NCBI GenBank assembly: GCA_036630325.1
Contig: CP142727.1
Location: forward strand, 930,001 to 994,000
Source: Vairimorpha necatrix
Taxonomy: Eukaryota
Length of the DNA stretch: 64,000 bases
Direction: 5' to 3'
Shown here: positions 11,308 through 25,600 of the stretch, piece after piece
Layout: each line of letters begins with the position of its first letter
Position numbering within the stretch: the stretch's first letter is position 1
The notes under the pieces: model-generated
The model's input: only the letters and a program-made list of their open reading frames with translations
Told to the model about the DNA's origin: nothing
Database searches by the model: none
Made by a program: the position numbers and the translations under genes

Positions 11308-14300
11308 ATATGAGGGTAAAGATAGAGCAGGAGGAAAAAACCAACAAAAATGTAAAACAAACCTCTGAAGCAAACGGAGACAAATTAGACACAGAAGACA
11401 AAGAGCAGGGGCTAGAACTCACTAGTGTGCCCACTCAATCCACTTATGACACTCTTGCAGCAGTACTTGGACGTACCGATGCGAGTGAAGAAGAGTGGCC
11501 TCAGAGAGTATTCCTATCAAAATAAATAAATTTGGTAGAATGCCAAGAGGAGGGCGGAATAAAGCTACCGAGTTTTTCTGTGAAAAAATTGGGTCTAACA
11601 TGAGTTCACTAGAATTCAAGAGCAAAGCGAAGAAAGCACTCACTAGTAATAGTGGTAGACGAATGACGGCCCGGAAATTCTTAGTGAATCCTACCGAAAG
11701 AAGAAAAGCCGAAACTGGCTCGAAAGAAGGGAATAGTCTCTTCGAAACCGAGCTCTTCCTGAAAGCACAAAAATTGTTCTTGGAGAAACTTAGTGGTATT
11801 CAGAACACATGTGTGGACCAGGTAGAAAGAACAAGGAAGATTTCTTCCTTGAAGGTTGATCTGTTGAAACTTGATGCTACAGTCAAGGCGGTAGACAGTC
11901 ATGTTAGATATCATCCCTCTCATAACATGACAGAGTTGTCAAGGATACTGCAAGCTGCACGGATCTGCCATCAGAAATGGCCAGTAAAAAGCATAAACCT
12001 TCGTCTTGGAAAGAAAGTATCTTGAAAATGATTACTGAGATCGAAGACAAGGTAGTGCTTATCAAAAAATCCTGGCTTTTGATAAACACTCAAATGAGGA
12101 AAAGCGTGAAGTCAAGAAGGTAATACATGAACTCAACATGCTTGCATGTTTACACCGAGATACTTTTGAAGCTATTGCCATACTCGACGAGAGGAAAGCC
12201 ATATACTCGAGGAAGCTAGAGGTCGCAGACCGGCGCAGAGAGTATAGGCGTGAAAATCAAAACTTTGAGCTATATAGAAGCAATTTCTATAGAAAACTCA
12301 AGTGTGCCAATAAGGTTACTCATAATGTAAGCAAAGAAGATATTAGTTCATTCTGGTTAACCATTGAGAATAAGAAAGAGCAATCCGAAGACTGCAATAG
12401 TTGTGAGGTGTATCTTTTAGAATACATTCCTGATAGCCATGATCAGATCACTTTCGCCACCTTGCAAAAATTTGTAGATATTATTAAATATTTACCAAAT
12501 TGGAAGGCTGCAGGCTGTGATGGAATCTTCAATTTCTTTATTAAGAAGTGTGAAGCTCTAATCAATTCCTTTACAAGATTGTTAAGGAAGTATGCATGAA
12601 TGGGAAAGAACCCGAAGCTTGGTTCCACAAGGGGATTACTTATTTAACATCCAAAGGTGCTCCCACTTGTGGTAATGACTTCAGGCCTATTACCTGTATG
12701 TCGAACCTCTACAAGCTTACAACGAAATGCACTACGAAAGTAATGCAGCTAATTGTAGAAAGTAGAGGGGTACTAGCAGAGAGCCAACATGGGACAGTTA
12801 GACAAGTTTAAGGAGCAAAAGAACAAGCTATGATTAATATAGCAGTTAATAAGGAGCATGATAACAAGCCGAAGACCATGTGGATAGATGTAAAGAAAGC
12901 CTACGACTTTGTAGACCATTCTTATCTATTAACGTGCATTAGCAAGTTAAATCTCCCTCAATGGATAAGTAAATTCTTAGAAGTCACTGTTAAAAGGTGG
13001 CACTTTGAAAAAAATCAGGATTCCAAACGCAACTGAATAAGAAGATTGAAAAGGGCACACTACAAGGTGATTACTTGTCGCCGCTTTTGTTTGTACTATG
13101 TATGGACCCTTGAGCAGGAGACTGAATTTAACTTACCCAAAAGTAGGAATACAGACTCACGAATTTGTTTATGTTTCAAACCATCTTCTATTTATTGATG
13201 ATCTTAAGCTCCTTGCAGAGAACGACGTCGTTTTAAAAACTGATAAATGAGATAACTAAAAAGATTTTTCATCTGTAGGTTTAGAAATATACAGAATTAA
13301 GTCTGCAACTAACTGTAGTGATTGTAGTTGAGTTGCAGTAGTACTAGAAGGGCATCAAGGATACAAATACCTTGAAAAAACAGAGGATGCCTCTAGTGCT
13401 GTCAAAAGAGAGACTTTGAAAAAGTAAGAAATGAGATCCTACAGAGGGTTGAAAAACTATGCAAGACTTAATAAAATGGTAAGAATGTGATTCAAGTCAT
13501 AAACGAGTATGCAATATCAGTAATAAACTATCACGTAGGATTATTAAAATTAGAATTAATAGAGTTCAAAAGTCTCGATTTTGATATCCGACAGGTACTT
13601 AACAAGTAACAGGTCCATCTACAGCCTGCCTGCAAGAAAATACTATATCTTCCTAGATACGAAATGGGTAGAGGCCTCATAAGTATCGAAGATAGAAGCG
13701 AAAGTATGCTTCTGAATATTTATAAAACATTAGATGGGTCTAGAAATGGCTCACTAAGACGGGCAGCGATATTTAAAGTAGAGGCAGAAAGCAAATCCCA
13801 CTTGTTTACAATTAACGAGTATCATAGGATTAGGTATAGCTTTGTAGGAGAGATAACCCAGAAGATGCTAATAGAATTCCATAAAGAAGCGCTTTACAAC
13901 AAAATTAACATGAGGACAAACCATAGAAAGTTGTTTAAAGGGTACTTGACCGTTTGGAACCCGCCTTAGGGAAATTCAAAAAAGGGAAAAATAAAAAAAA
14001 TTATAAAAAAAATTATAAAAAAAGGAACTTGATGATTTATTTTAAAAAATGACAGAAGACAATTTATCCGGCGATTTTTGAAAATTGGAAAGCCCCATAG
14101 AACTGTAAAAGATATTCATAGTGTTCTTCTTTGTTTTTATCTAGATCGAATATCTCTTATAGAAATGAGCCAAACCCACTAAATTATATGGTATTGTGAC
14201 TCAGAATCGCTAGAGGTTACAGCATTTATGGAGTGAATCTTAGTACTGTGCTCCATCCCTTTGCTTAGCTAATGTGGCATCATATGCTACCCATTGATTA

Positions 14301-15534
14301 GAGATCGTAATAGAAACAGGTTATACATTTTCTTGTATTACCTCAAGGAAAAAGCAGTATTTCAACTAGTTACAGAAACGAGCAAGGCGCACGCCGATTC
14401 AGCATCAAATGTTTCCAAAATAAACTTTTCTATATATTCCATGTATAAATACATTTCATCACTAAAAACCTCATCTGCCCTAACAAACATTGTTTTTGCC
14501 AATTTTGCAATTTTTTTAAAGGGGGTCCTTTAAAATTTCAAGGCGGGTTCATTTTCCCAATGCGGGTTCCAAACGGTCATGTATCGTTTAAAGTAGGGAA
14601 AATGATTTAGTAAGCATTGGGGCTCTTCTACCTGGCTGGTATAAGGAAACAATCAGGCTATATCCGTAGCAATTTACTGCTTCCTACAGGATAGAAATAT
14701 CTTCTGGGGACAAGAGGGACAATGTCCCCATTGTGGATCTCATAAGAAGGCCGGGGGCCGTTTAGCTACCAAGTGTGATCGTATGCTGGGGTTTGATTAT
14801 ATGAAAAGACATAACGAGGTAGTTAGATGCATTCAACTCTTACTATGTATTAAATATGGGTTTAAGAAGACAAAGAAAATATATGGACACTCAGTTTAAG
14901 AGATCAAGGAAAATATTCGTGCAGAAATGAGAGTAGATACGAGAATATCCACTAAAATAAAGGTGACCCATTTCAAGCCTGATATTCTTGTGTTTGACAA
15001 GAAGAAGAAAGAAATTTTAATTGTTAAAGATGGTATAACCAACCAGGATCGACTTACTATAGTTGAGAATGAAAAATAAGAAAATATGACCTTCTTGCAA
15101 ATGAACTAGGACTAATACATAAATCCCAGACAAGAATAGTTTCTTATGTAATGACATGGGATGGAGTGGTAACTAAATATCACAGAAAGTACATCAGGGA
15201 GCTGGAAATACAACCCTATTTCGAAGCATATATCCAGTCTATTGTGATGAAGAAGACTCCAGAGTCCATCTCTTTGGAACGACGACGAGGATACGATCAG
15301 GAGGATACAGGAGAAGAAGAAGTGGCTAGAGCTGTAAGCGCACTAGCGAATATGGCGACTGTTAAAGAAATGGTGTCGGCAAAGGGGAATGAAGCTGAAA
15401 AGGCGAAGTTGTAAAACATTAATAATTCCACAGAAACCAAAGTCTGTGAAGAGCTAAATCCCATGAGCGATACCGGCGAAAGCTGTGATATGAATATCTA
15501 ATCTATATGAAAAATTATTTCAATAAATCTTTTA
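11308..15534 (+). mobile_element. Near full-length R4/Dong-like non-LTR retrotransposon (RT + Zn knuckle + RLE), frameshifted
   Basis: LPNWKAAGCDGI, FRPITCMSNLYK, WIDVKKAYD, GTLQGDYLSPLLF, HLLFIDDLKL, CPHC..LATKC..RHNEVV, KPDILVFD, KYDLLANELG, MTWDG. Flanked by ~12-bp TTTTGTTGTTTT (11296-11307, 15535-15546). Confidence 0.9.
13941..14585 (-). mobile_element. Internally deleted Merlin element inserted in the R4-like ORF
   Basis: 24-bp TIR GGTACTTGACCGTTTGGAACCCGC (2 mismatches), perfect 8-bp TSD GTTTAAAG. Internal remnant TISNQWVAY...GMEHST. Confidence 0.85.
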
Positions 15535-15998
15535 TTTTGTTGTTTTTAATGTAATAAGTGTAATGAAATTTTTGTCTCTTCTTTGCTCCTCCTTTATTTT
15601 GCACTTCGTTTTGGGGTCAAAAAAATAAAATATACACCCTCAGAGGGGGATCTTGGGTTCCAGCTCCACTGTTTTGTCTTCAACAGAGAAACACAAATAG
15701 GAATCTTATTTTGTTTATCTGATATTTGTGTTCTTAAATTTTTTTAACCATGTACATGAATTTTGATCCGACAGAAATTACGTTGTTATTATTAGTACTA
15801 TTACTTATATTCTATAAGATAATGTTAGCTCTTTTATGATGTTCACACTATTGTTGTTTCTTTGTTTTTTTTTGTAAGCATAATGAATGTTTAGAAAAAA
15901 AATTATTTATAGCTTTGAAATTCCATTTTTAAAAGTAAAACACAAATTTATTTTTATTTTAATAATATACACAAGTAAAGATATATAATGGAAGTTGA

Positions 15999-17148
15999 AG
16001 CGCTACTAGGAAAATCGCCCCCTACTAAAACACGCATAGAAAAAAATTATCATTTCTTTAAAATTAAAAAATCTCTCGATTTGTACTTGCTTGCATATTT
16101 TTTTCTAAACAAGGGGCGATTTTCAAAGCAATGGTCTTTTACACTTTTTTTCGGATTTTTCTTACCCTTCATGTTAGGAAGGATACTGGAAAAGGTAGGA
16201 GAACTTGATCCTTGGAACCCTATGTTCCAAGATAATGATCTCGCAGTTGCTCTTTTGGTAGAATTAAGAATAATAAAGTCTACCATTCCAGCTGTCTCCA
16301 AATCATGTCATGGAAACATGTCAATTGCTAGTGTTTCTTCCTTTATTGATGAAAAGGGGCACAGATGTATAATAAAAAAGTGCAAAAGAAAATGTAGTTT
16401 GAAAAAAGCACAAAATTATATAAATTGACTATCTAATTCAAAAAGATTCTGAGGTGTTTTTATTGTTGGATCTTTTCTTACTCAAATTATCAAGCTATCA
16501 ATTTTTGTAAAGTAGCCGAGTCCACATACATTAAATTTTAAAACATTCTAATAAACATTATAAGGAGACTCATCGAATAAAACAGATAGGGATGAAAACA
16601 TAAGGATATAAGTCGATGAAACTGCAATATGCATTGGCTTGGTGATTGATATATCGTCATCTCTACACGACGATACTCCTAATATACAATGGATACTTGT
16701 AGAAGGTGATGGAACGAATCTTTTTGTTTAATTTATTCCATAAGAAAGCATGAAACTTTACTAGAAGCGTTTAAAATCATTTATTTCCTGGAACTATTCT
16801 TGTTACTGATGGATGTCTATCATACCCCAAAGCAGTGGCCAATTTTGGACCTGAGCATGAGATAGTAAATCATAGCAAAGGATACGTAAACAGCAAGGGA
16901 GAACATACAAATCAGATTGAAAATTTATGGTCCCACTTAAAACACGATTATAGAAAAAGAAGTGGATTAAATCATGACCTTATCGCTAAATTTTTAATGG
17001 AATTTTCTTGGCATAAACATTGGCAATATAAAAAAATTCAATTCCTCATGCATTTGCTCTACTTTTACAAAAATGCATAGTTATCTAATAAAAATTCCAT
17101 AAATTTTAAATGATTTATTTAGTAGGGGGCGATTTTCTTAGTAGCGCC
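15999..17148 (+). mobile_element. Degenerate Merlin/ISXO2-type transposon
   Basis: TIR GCGCTACTA(G/A)GAAAATCGCCCCCTACTAAA; VDETAIC, PGTILVTDG, HEIVNHSKG, HTNQIENLWSHLK. TSD 6/8 (GAAGTTGA / GAATTTGG). Confidence 0.85.
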
Positions 17149-18547
17149 GAATTTGGATGTTCGTGTCGTTGACAATATATGAAATAGCCAGAATAAATAC
17201 AATTCATAATTCTCCTTAACGCTGTTTAAAATAAAATGTGTAAATAAATGTAATTTGTTGTTATATTGGGAAGAAAGAATTGTCAAACGTTGTTGTTGTA
17301 AAATTCTTGCCGGCCAACTTAACTATTTTTATCCGCATGTATTGTTGTATTTAAGAGCTCTTGTAGACTTTTGGTTTCTGATGATTACCAATTGTATCAA
17401 CACTCGGATTTGGCCTTATGATTGGTTAAACAACGGATGTTAACATTCATAATGAGTTGTTTAAATATTTTTAACTTTTTATAATACTTACTAAATCGAC
17501 GTATTAGTTTTTTTATGTTTTGAAAATTTATAATTTCTGATCTTCTATTTTAAGAAGAAAAATTTAGAAAGAAACTCATGGGTTCAAAGCAAAAAAATGA
17601 ACATTCTTAGTTCAAAGCTAAATCAATTACTTTTAAGTGTATGAAACAATATTTAACCCTTAAAGATCAATCTTCACATTTTTTGAATATTTTGGTTTTC
17701 ATTTCTGAAGAAATAACATAAAAAGCAATTTCATTTTGAGTAACTTCTTGTAGTAAAATTATTCAAAATTTATTATAAATACTATTGCATGATTTTCGCA
17801 TGTAACCCCCCATCCCCTGAATTTATGACGTTTTTGCTTTCTTCTTATTGTTATCTAACGCTAGAAGGAAGAATTTAAAAGGTAGAAATCATACTTCTAT
17901 GACTTCTGGAAATGATTCATAAGTATTTGTAAATATTTTTACTGTTTAAAATATTTATATAATATAACAAGATATATAAATCTTGTTTTTACATCACAAT
18001 TTGCATAATTTATATTTTTATCAATGTACATAAGGGTGTAAAAAAATAAAATTATTTTGTAAAGAAGTGTTTTTTTTTGCAGTTTTTAAAGTAAAAAACT
18101 TGATTCTTCTCTTATCGCTTTTTTATGTTTTATTTAGGCAAGAAAGGATAACTTTGGGGAAAATAATTGTAACAAAAAAAAAAAAACTTCCAAGAACTAG
18201 TGTAAATAAGCGAATCTATTTAAAATTTGTGATTTAAGACAATAAAATAATTGTAAAATGCTTTAAAGTCAATTTGGCGTGCTAATTATGTCTTATTTGC
18301 AAAAAACGGATATAAAGAAATACGTGTTTTTTTATTATCATTTTATTATATAGTAGATAAATAGAAAAACGATGATAAAATAATTTATAATGTATTCAGT
18401 TATACGTTTTAAATAGTTCAGATTAAGCTATGCAAGTTTTATTAAACTGATATAGCGTATTATAAAATATATATTATCAATCTAAAAACAAAAATGTTAT
18501 GATAAAACAAATAGAAAAATAAACTTTTAAAGCAATTTACTTCTATG

Positions 18548-18985
18548 CATGTTTTAGTCACGTCTCTTAACTTTGTGAATTTGTTTTTATCCGCTAGCAA
18601 TAAAGTCTCTCCCTTTTGCATTCTTACTTCCTAAATGAGAAGTCTTAGTAATGGTTTTAGATGTGTCTCAAATACATCTTTTATATCTTAAAGAACGCGA
18701 AGTAAATCAAGGCGCTGGGCCATTTGTGCTCTTAGCCGTGTTTATAGAACACTCATATCATTTGTGCATTAGGCATGCAACTACACAAAAAGTCCCTCTA
18801 ACAGAACTTGATCTTTTTTTAGAACCGTAATAGTAATTTTTACTTTCTTTTCGGTCTGTCTATGAGTATTATTGCGCTTTTGTGTACCGAAAGAGCTACG
18901 ACATTTCTTGTACGGATCTCTTTTTTCACTGGTCTTTTTGCCTTTGTTCCTTGCGATAATAGTGGAGACACCTACCAATAGCCAT
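18548..18985 (-). pseudogene. Divergent histone H3-like pseudogene, copy 2 (more decayed)
   Basis: CCC motif then ATG. Colinear with copy 1 across frames: VSTII..TVLKK..KSTNGPAP*FTSRS..DVFETHL..NAK..ETLL..IHKVKRRD*NM. Confidence 0.68.
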
Positions 18986-19042
18986 AATAAGGGCGGAAAT
19001 AAGCTTAAACATAAATGAGATAAGAAAAAAACGTAAACAAAG

Positions 19043-19387
19043 TGTCACGCGACCATCTTTCTGGTCCATTAGAGATTACAAGGTATGCTAGATACCAATT
19101 TCTCAGTCAGAACTGTCAAATGACCGAGATGCTGTTTGTTTACCATGATCACTGTAAACAAACAAGGAACAGAAAACAAAGTATTTAGAAACAATAAAAC
19201 ACTCGAAATATGCTAACTATTATTACTCCATAATTATTCCCTCCTTTTCCTAAAAGATGAAAGGGCAGGAAAACAAGTCTATAAAAAGAAATTATTTCTT
19301 ACCTTTCACCGAGATATGAAAGAGCGTAATTTCAATAAACAATTTTCTAATAAATCTTATTATGACACGCCGAGCAGCCTTGTCACA
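19043..19387. mobile_element. Solo LTR
   Basis: TG...CA termini with 5-bp TSD CAAAG (19038-19042, 19388-19392). Confidence 0.68.
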
Positions 19388-19412
19388 CAAAGAATAAAAA
19401 AACTTATACCAG

Positions 19413-19761
19413 TGGCGTGTTTACCGGTGACTTGCCCGTGGCAAGGAAGCATTCAATTATGCTACGGTTTGGAGTGCTTAAAAACCGGAGTTTAGATAGT
19501 TTGAAGGAAAAGAATGTCTATTGTTACAAAAAGAGTTTGGCTTTTCTGAATTGTAGAAGGAAGTGTGTTTGTTAGTTTTCGAGTGATGTACCATGTTCTT
19601 AATATAATTTCTTTATTTATATTACATAGTAACCAATAGAAAAGAAATGTGGTGTGACTGACCCATAATAACTGACTATCATTGATCATTCCTAATAAGC
19701 ATCAACGTTTTAGTTTTCATTGATTATTTATAAATCATGTGGTATGATCCGTTATACCACA
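19413..19761 (-). mobile_element. Isolated LTR of the 37918-40598 family
   Basis: End-to-end similarity to the LTRs at 37918-38266 and 40264-40598. No TSD match. Confidence 0.8.
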
Positions 19762-19769
19762 GTTTTAAA

Positions 19770-20620
19770 GGTTTTAGGCCCATATTTTTTAATCATACAA
19801 AGCGTAGAAAAATATTTAGCAAGTCCATATGTCAATACCTATTTTGCATAGAGCCTTTAAAGATCTCAAATTCTCTATGATGGTGTTTGTATGGACAACT
19901 GTCTCTGTGTCGCTATATTTGACTGTAATTCGCAGTTATATCATCGGCATAATGATTTTTAAGTTGAATATGACTATCACAATCCAAATAAATAACAGAT
20001 TTTAAATTTACATGCTAAACATGATTAAGGTAACGTATTCACGCTTCTTTTCTTAATAGAACGAAGACTATCTTCTTTGCTTTGATTATTAACATCCCAA
20101 AATACCAAAATCTCTTAACAAGCCTTCCCTATTGTATGAATTTTTCGATTTTCAATCTCTTCTATCTCCACAACAATATCTTCGCCTCATATCAGTTTCG
20201 TTTTTTTAAAATGCCACCAGAAAAATTTAAATTTTTACAATTTTTTTAAAGAATAGCTAACATTTTGTATGTTGCCCCTCAAAATTCTAAAAATTTAAGT
20301 TACTTTAATTCACAAAATCCATTTATTTTCCATTTTAACATGGGCAAATGTTCTACTAAAGCGTTGGCAAATAAGGGATTATTTTAACTTACAAATCTAT
20401 GTTTTCATTTTCAAACTTTACACATCAAAAAGATGTTTCGTATGGAACTATAGCTTATCACAATACATTTTATACATTTCTGGTTGTATTTCTTGTTTGC
20501 TGAACACATATGAATGTTTACGCTTTACCTTTTAACATCCCATTCTTTTTTTTCAAAAAGGGGCAATTTTTTAAAAATTTCGACCCCTTTTATTTTTGTA
20601 TTTTAATGCAGATTTTAGTT
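19770..20620 (-). mobile_element. Degenerate Merlin, relative of the intact copy at 47448
   Basis: Minus strand colinear with 47480-48300 (GEDIVVEIEE, HTNTII.., RSLKA). Boundaries approximate. Confidence 0.7.
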
Positions 20621-21419
20621 GAAAGTTTAATGAAGATGATAAAATAAAGTTTTTAAATATACAAAATAACAATAATCACTATTTTTCTAAAGTCAAATTT
20701 TAATTTCTTTTTCTTTTCCAAAAAAATTAGCACTACGACAAACCATTGTATTCTATAATGGATACATGTGCATGTAAGATGTATTATGGATTCTGCGTAA
20801 TGATGTAAAATTATCTATACAATTATTTAATTTGTTATTCCGATATTGTAATTTCCAATCAAACAAAAAATTTCTTTTGTTTTTCAGAAATCAAGATGGA
20901 AATACAAAAATTAAATACTTTATACAATAAACGTCACGGTATTTGGGTTTTTAAACGATATTATTGTAGTTTTCGTTGTTTTGGTAAATACAAAAAGTTT
21001 GTTTTCTAGATTTTTATAAATTTTACATAAATAATACAAAGGAAAAAATCGTTCATCATTGACTGTCAGTTGCAATCATTTCAGTTTTCAATTAGTACAA
21101 TAATTTATATACGTTAACAATGTACAAAATAAAAGAATTTTCTTATTTGAGAACATTTAATTTTATTTTTATACTCTAGCAATATAATATTATTTTTCCA
21201 AAATCAAAACATTGAAATTATTTATTTATATTGTAATATTTACTTATTTACATTAATGGCCAATATTCTTAAAATTACTTGTTTATCTATACATTTTTTT
21301 TATGAATAATGATTTTCAGATGTCAAATGTATTCCGAATAAAAGTATAAACAAAAGTTATATCAGAAAGTAACATTTTTACATTTTTATTTTAATTTGTT
21401 TATATCTGTTGTCAATTCC

Positions 21420-24400
21420 TTATTTGTTCTTTTCCATTCCCCTTTTCGGGAATCTTTTAAATACTTTTAGTTTCAATCAAATCTGTCCATTGGAAAGAAT
21501 ATGTTTAGCCAGTCTTTGGTCGGATACAACTTCCTTTAATCAGTCTTTGACGTATCCTTTACATATGGCTTCTATTAAGTTTTATTCGCTCGATGACTTT
21601 TTTTTCTTTTCACTAAAAATGGCCCTTCGCCTGCTATTCTGACAATAGCGTAGCCAAATGACCATAAAGCTTCCAATTTGATAATTCCAGAATTAATTCT
21701 GTATTTTTGAACATTTTATCTAACTTTTAACTTCTGCTTTATTTCCATTTTCCTTACGATTTTTATATTGTTTTTTAAACTTTGTGTCCCTCTTCCACAA
21801 AAGTTCTTGCTTTGTATAGGTCTTTTGGTAACTGTTATTTTATCATATACTGCTGTTATTATGTTATAGCCAAATTTAAAATGTACAACGATGTTTTTTG
21901 ATCTTTGAAACGATAGATTTACTGCGATGTAACCATTGAAATTTTTTATACAGTCAAATTTAGCCATAACCTGCTAATTTTATAATTTTGTATGCCAATG
22001 TCTGCATGGCCCTTTCCACGGGTCCTAGAGTCTGGTGATGGTATGGCGAACACTATTCAATGATATTTTATATAGTACTTAATGCATGTACTTTAAAGTT
22101 GCCAAACTCTAAACCGTTGTCTGTCAAGATTCTGTTTGATAACCCATGCTCACTGATAATCAATCCCTCGATTTGCTTATATATTTCACAACTATTTTTG
22201 CTCCGCAAAATCGTCTTTTCTATCCATTAATATAATGATTAATCGCTACAAATATGTATACACTTCCATTGTTGTATAAAAAGTTTCATTGTCAGATCAA
22301 ATACCCAAAGCTGATTAGGTTTTTTGAAAGTATTAGCATCTTATTTGTTTTCATGAGTTGATATCTCGAGCGTAAACATGTTTTGCAATTACTTACAAAT
22401 TTTTATTATGTCTCGATGTATAATTTTCCACTTAAGCGGCCGAGAAATCATAAATTTTATGATGTTCGATGTCTCATGGCCAGATATTTATGATACTTCT
22501 CTAGTATTTCAATAGTGATATTTTTCGATAACTGATGTATATCAAAGTTACAAGTTTTCACAATATTGTTGAAATCTGCTAAACGATTAGCTATGTTATT
22601 CTTTTTTTATATTTTAAATTAGAAGTCGTATTACGCCAATAAGAGTGCTCACCTGGAATCTTACTTGTTGATCCTTGCTCTCTATGGATGATTAGAGCTT
22701 TATGGTTTGTTCTTAACGTAAATTTGCTCCCCAAATGTAATTTATGAATTGCTCTATCCTTCAAACAAGCCCATAGGTTCTTATTGGTAATTGAATAATT
22801 CTTCTGACAATTAACCAGTCTCTTTATAAACCCAAAATCAATTTTCAGCTTAACATTTGTTCATTTGTAGGCGCACTGCTCCGATTCCCGTTTCAAATGA
22901 GTCCTTAACTTTATGAAAAAAGCTTTAAATTTGTCTGCGTACGTATTGTATTATAGTTTAGTACTTTTTAACGGTTTTAACGTATTCTGATCTTTGACTT
23001 GAGTTTAATTTTTTTTTACCAGTAGTTTGATTTCTGCCTTGTAGTACGTTGTCCAAGAGTCCCATAATTTCTGCAATATTTGTCACAAAATCCATACAAT
23101 GATTAGTTTTTCACAAAAAATCAATAATTTCTTTATGTAGAAAAATTGGGTATGCATGTATATCTAAATGCGCGTTTCGTTTACTTTGATAATGTGATTT
23201 CCGATGACGTAATAAGAACTTACTTTCTGATCCAAAAAACCTATACATTTGCAGTTAAGCGCTAAATTTTTTGCTCTTATTTTTTTTCAAAATATTATTT
23301 TTACATGTTTCTTATTGTTTTTTTTGTTTTATGAACTTATTATTTACCATCTAAGTATAGGATCACAAAATTTTAGTTTTTTTCCTAGATAAATTGTTTA
23401 TTGCACTTTAAAATGTTGTCGAAGCGTAAAAAAAGTTTGAAATGCATACGGTCAAATTGTATACTTGTTCCATACAAAGAATGTTATTTTTTACATGTCT
23501 TCATCTTGTGAAGGAATTTTATGGAAAGCACTAGTTTCATCTATTGTAAATATGGTTACAGTCGATAGACTGTCAAAAATTGCTTCGATTTCGGGAGTCA
23601 TGTATGCGTACTTAGCTGTTATGCTTTCTAGCTCTTATTATTCTACGCACTTTCTTTATGTTTAACCTGGTTTCGGTACTGTCAATATTCTGCCACACCA
23701 TGGCTCATGCTTTCCTTAAAATTCGAAGTTCTAGGAGTTTAATGGTTGCCTCGTTTACGGCCTCTTCTTGTGACACTGGTATCCTTTCGTTCTTTTTTAT
23801 AAATTATTTTTGTACTGTTTGTCTGTCTTAGATCAATGCTTTCTGTTCAGAGATTATAGTAGCCTATTTCTTTTTAAAAATCGTCTTTATACTCTTTTAA
23901 AATTTCATTTTTTCTAACTCACAAGTAAAGTTTGACATTTAGTAGATTCTATATTTTGGGGCATATAGATCGTCTAAGATCAAATTTTTCATTGTTCCAT
24001 ATCAAATTTTTAACTAAAATGACATATTTAATGTCATTTGATTATTAAGGGTGAAAAAATCTCGCATTTTTCATTGATTTCAATTTTAGAGTCTATAGAG
24101 CAGGTCTATTTTTATTTCCTTTCCCATATTCTTTACTATCCCATTATATCCAATATTCAAATTACGTTCTACCAAAGGAAAATTGTTATAGTTTATTCGC
24201 ACATCTGCTCCGGTATAAAAAACCTTTTTATTCATTTAAAAAGGCAGCTTTTCGCAAAAAAAGGTTCAAAGGTTCTTGAATATATAAAAAAAAAGTAATT
24301 TCTTTGCTGTCATGTCTTTTCTCATCCTGTAATATTCATCTAATGCATTTATATATATTTTTAAAGGTTTTCTTTTCGTACTGAAAATAATGGTTAGTTA

Positions 24401-25150
24401 TTTGAAATCTTTACTGAAATAATTACATTATTTGTGAAGTGTGCGTTGTTTATTATTTTTTCTCGAATGGTTTATATAGCTTGTCTTTCTGTAAAATCCT
24501 TTTTCGTAGTGAACTTTGGTGTTGTGCCCTCTGCCCACATCGGCATGCAGCTTGGTTCCTACTTACTTCTTATTAGGGCATAATATAAACTCATCTCCTC
24601 GACAAATCTAAACTGTAGTGGTATTTAAGTATAAAAAGGCTTTTATCTCCATTGGTTATTTGTTTGACAATTTGACACAAAGCGTCTAAATTTAAAAGAG
24701 GATCTCTTAAATAGCACTGCTGTTTTCTGCAACATCTGCGACAAATCTATCTTCATCTCTGAAATGTTATTAAACCCTAACTGTTTAAAGTTATATCGTT
24801 GTCTTTATGAGGCTCGAAAATTTCCATATATGAACTATCTTAGATGTTTCCATTTCCCTCCTGGGTTGGGACGCCCATAAAAATGCAATTCCTATAAGCT
24901 TACAACCAATTCAATTTTATATTATTCTTTGGTCCACCTAAAAATTCTAGCACCAGCATTGTGTTTATTATTTTTGTGTTATATAACTCTTTTGGTTTAC
25001 TTGTGTAGTATCCGACATGTCAATTTGTTTATTCATATTTCCTATCCTTAACGGTAATGTTTCCAAATACATTTAACAGTCAATCAAATCTATTCATCTG
25101 TAAGAATATGATTGGTTAACCTTTTATCGAATACAACAGTTTTTCTTTTG
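21420..25150 (-). mobile_element. Heavily decayed Ty3/gypsy internal region (gag-pol remnants)
   Basis: RT start (AIFDSLST, ~23480-23650), IGFL, integrase LTDNGLEFGN (~22100-22130), Zn-knuckle remnant ~24520. LTRs not resolved. Confidence 0.7.
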
Positions 25151-25199
25151 ATGAATTTTTGCAAATATTACTCATTAATTAATTTTGTATGCATAAATA

Positions 25200-25600
25200 A
25201 ATAATTTTTCATATTACTCTTCATGATTAAAGATATCTAAAAAAATTTATATAATGAAGCATCTTTTCCCCTCTCTTGTCTCTATTTCCTTCTTCATATG
25301 CATCTCTTTATGAGTAGAGATGATTAACTCTGAGTCTCTCGTCATCCCATTACTTCATAGATCTCCCAATCTTCTATATTTTAAAGAGATACTTTTAAAA
25401 ATCTTAACAGAGCAAGAAATTGGATATACGCCTGGAAGAATATCGGTATGTCGAGTCTTCTTCGGTGCACTTCATGAGATTTAGGAACCACCCGTCCCAT
25501 GTTAACACATACGTAATAAAGATATATTTAAAGCCATACATCAGAGATGTTTCATCGGCAAGAACACCAAATTTTCTAAGTTAAAGATTATTTTATAAGA
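25200..25600 (-). pseudogene. R4-like non-LTR 3' fragment
   Basis: KFGVLADETSLMYG..YVLTWDG..HRRRLDIP..QAYIQ; duplicated at ~51300-51700. Confidence 0.7.

Larger units (their letters stand above)
10609..15667. mobile_element. Merlin-family MITE (same family as 27829-28666), interrupted by the R4-like element
   Basis: Long TIRs at both ends plus an internal third TIR copy at ~10845-10925. 8-bp TSD GCTGTTTT / ACTGTTTT. Colinear (inverted) with 27829-28666. Confidence 0.78.
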
